Source: an uncultured Rickettsiales bacterium (GTDB lineage: Bacteria > Myxococcota_A > UBA796 > UBA9615 > CAYRNR01). From it: a stretch of DNA of 62,213 nt. The notes beneath the pieces were generated by a model. That model had not been told where the DNA came from, ran no database searches, and saw only the letters and a program-made list of their open reading frames with translations. The position numbers and the translations under genes are program-made. How positions within the stretch are numbered: the first letter of the stretch is position 1; each line of letters opens with the position of its first letter. Below are positions 60,816 through 62,213 of this stretch, piece after piece. The stretch covers positions 1-62,213 of the forward strand of contig CAZOYV010000006.1 of assembly GCA_964584075.1 (NCBI GenBank). Direction: 5' to 3'.

Positions 60816-61607
60816 ATGCTCCGCCGCGCCGCCACGATCGCCTGCTGCCTGCTGCTGGCGTCGTCACTCGCCGGCTGCTTCTTCCTGCCCTACCGCCCGT
60901 CCGATCAGCCCGATCCCTACGGGGAGTACCCCCACGGGAGCGACCCCGACCGCGACGACGACGGCGACGGCTTCACCGAGAACGAGGGCGACTGCGACGA
61001 CGGCGACGCGGCCGCGTTCCCGGGCGCCCCCGAGGTGGACAACCAGGTGGACGACGACTGTGACGGCGAGGTGGACGAGCCGCCCGACCCGGTGGACCTC
61101 GACGGCGACGGCTGGACCCCCGAGGACGGGGACTGCGACGACGGCGATCCCGAGGTCCACCCGACGCTGGCCGATGTCTGCGACGACCGCGACAACGACT
61201 GCGACGGCACGCTCAACGAGGACGCGATCGGTGACGATCCGCAGGAGCCCAACGACGCGGTGCCGTACCACTTCGGCGACCTGACCGACGACGTGTCCAC
61301 CGTGGCGGGCTACCTGCACAACGAGGCCGACGTAGACCGGTTCTCGTTCTACGCCGAGGACACCCTGTTCGGCAGCTTCGATCTCGCGGTCGAGCTCAGC
61401 GGGGTGCCGGGCAGCGCCGACTACGTGCTCGAGCTGTGGCTCGGGCCGACGCTGCTGGCGGCCAGCGACACCAGCGGGGGGGAGAGCGTGACCCACGAGG
61501 GGGACACCTGGGAGGACGACTCCGGCACCTACGAGGTCGTGGTCTACTCCGTGCTGGGCTACTCCTGCGATCACGCCTACACGCTGCGCATCGAGGCCAA
61601 CGGCTGA
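60816..61607 (+). CDS. Lipoprotein with MopE-like putative metal-binding repeats and a PPC-like C-terminal domain
   Basis: Lipobox LAGC. DCDDGD..FPGAPE.DNQVDDDCDG repeats. EPND..DVDRF..DYVLEL..GTYEVVV. Confidence 0.8.
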   Translation: MLRRAATIACCLLLASSLAGCFFLPYRPSDQPDPYGEYPHGSDPDRDDDGDGFTENEGDCDDGDAAAFPGAPEVDNQVDDDCDGEVDEPPDPVDLDGDGWTPEDGDCDDGDPEVHPTLADVCDDRDNDCDGTLNEDAIGDDPQEPNDAVPYHFGDLTDDVSTVAGYLHNEADVDRFSFYAEDTLFGSFDLAVELSGVPGSADYVLELWLGPTLLAASDTSGGESVTHEGDTWEDDSGTYEVVVYSVLGYSCDHAYTLRIEANG

Positions 61608-61732
61608 CCGGCGGCGCCCGGCCGCCGCGGGTTCGAATTCCACACTTTCTCCGGCCAGAACGTTCCAGGGACAGACGGCGCGCGGGGGGACCGCGGCGCC
61701 GGCGGGGCCGAAACCGAACCGGGAGGAACGCG

Positions 61733-62213
61733 ATGAACACGGCATGGACTCGATGGGCGACCCTGGCGCTGACGATGGCGCTGCTCGGCTGGGCGGGGAG
61801 CGCTGCGGCGCAGCAGGACGACGACGGGGACGGCTTCCCCGCGAACCAGGACTGCGACGACAACGACGCCACGATCCACCCCGGCGCGCCGGAGTCCTGC
61901 GACGGGCTGGACAACGACTGCGACGGGATCGTCGACGAGGGCTGCGGCGACCCCTGCACCGACGGGCTGGACAACGACGGCGACGGGCTGATCGACGAGC
62001 CCGACGAGTGCGGCGGCAACCCGGTGGATCAGGACGGGGACGGGTACCCCCAGGACCAGGACTGCGACGACCTCGACCCGACGGTCCATCCAGGCGCGTA
62101 CGAGGACTGTGACGGGCTGGACAACGACTGCGACGGGATCGTCGACGAGGGTTGCGGAGACGACGACGCGGGCGACGACGACGCGGGCGACGACGACGCG
62201 GGCGACGACGACA
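61733..62213 (+). CDS. Secreted MopE-like repeat protein, truncated by the window end (absent from the ORF track)
   Basis: GGAGG RBS at 61722. MNTAWTRWATLALTMALLGWAGSAAAQQDDDGDGFPANQDCDDNDATIHPGAPESCDGLDNDCDGIVDEG..., open to the end, finishing in (DDDAG)n. Confidence 0.85.
   Translation, partial: MNTAWTRWATLALTMALLGWAGSAAAQQDDDGDGFPANQDCDDNDATIHPGAPESCDGLDNDCDGIVDEGCGDPCTDGLDNDGDGLIDEPDECGGNPVDQDGDGYPQDQDCDDLDPTVHPGAYEDCDGLDNDCDGIVDEGCGDDDAGDDDAGDDDAGDDD

Noticed and set aside
61625-61645. GGGTTCGAATTCC resembling a tRNA T-loop
   Set aside because: The stem has a mismatch, and no acceptor, D or anticodon arms can be folded around it.

Overview
A very GC-rich chromosomal window with about 53 supportable protein-coding genes and no recognisable rRNA, tRNA, transposase, integrase, cas or phage genes. 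The gene repertoire points to Myxococcota or a related deltaproteobacterial lineage (inference): a MYXO-CTERM-like tail, PEGA proteins, PilZ, MopE-like Asp/Cys repeats and many lipoproteins. Core genes: yebC-ruvC-ruvA-ruvB, lpxC, rsgA, dapF-dapA-dapB plus an M20 hydrolase, and fbp. Also present are an RND efflux operon (adaptor, permease, TetR, TolC, START-like), a Ser/Thr kinase with a LonC-like protease, HtrA, MepA, and a three-subunit HydABC/Bfu-type flavin oxidoreductase with a GltD-like subunit. Best leads: (1) an FGE/SUMF1-domain lipoprotein whose conserved C-terminal G-x-R-C motif lies just past an in-frame TGA followed by a SECIS-like hairpin, a candidate new selenoprotein, in a segment bounded by 14-bp direct repeats; (2) a translationally coupled module of two zinc-finger/Yip1 paralogues flanking DUF2752, downstream of ruv and lpxC; (3) at least three unannotated families of small palindromic intergenic elements, one with a compensatory base-pair change between copies; (4) several enzymes with altered catalytic motifs (DapF Cys to Ser, a J-like domain without HPD, a parvulin without its histidines, a Lon without the Walker A Lys). 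All domain calls come from reading motifs by eye; no database searches were run. Most long ORFs in the track are GC-rich shadow frames.
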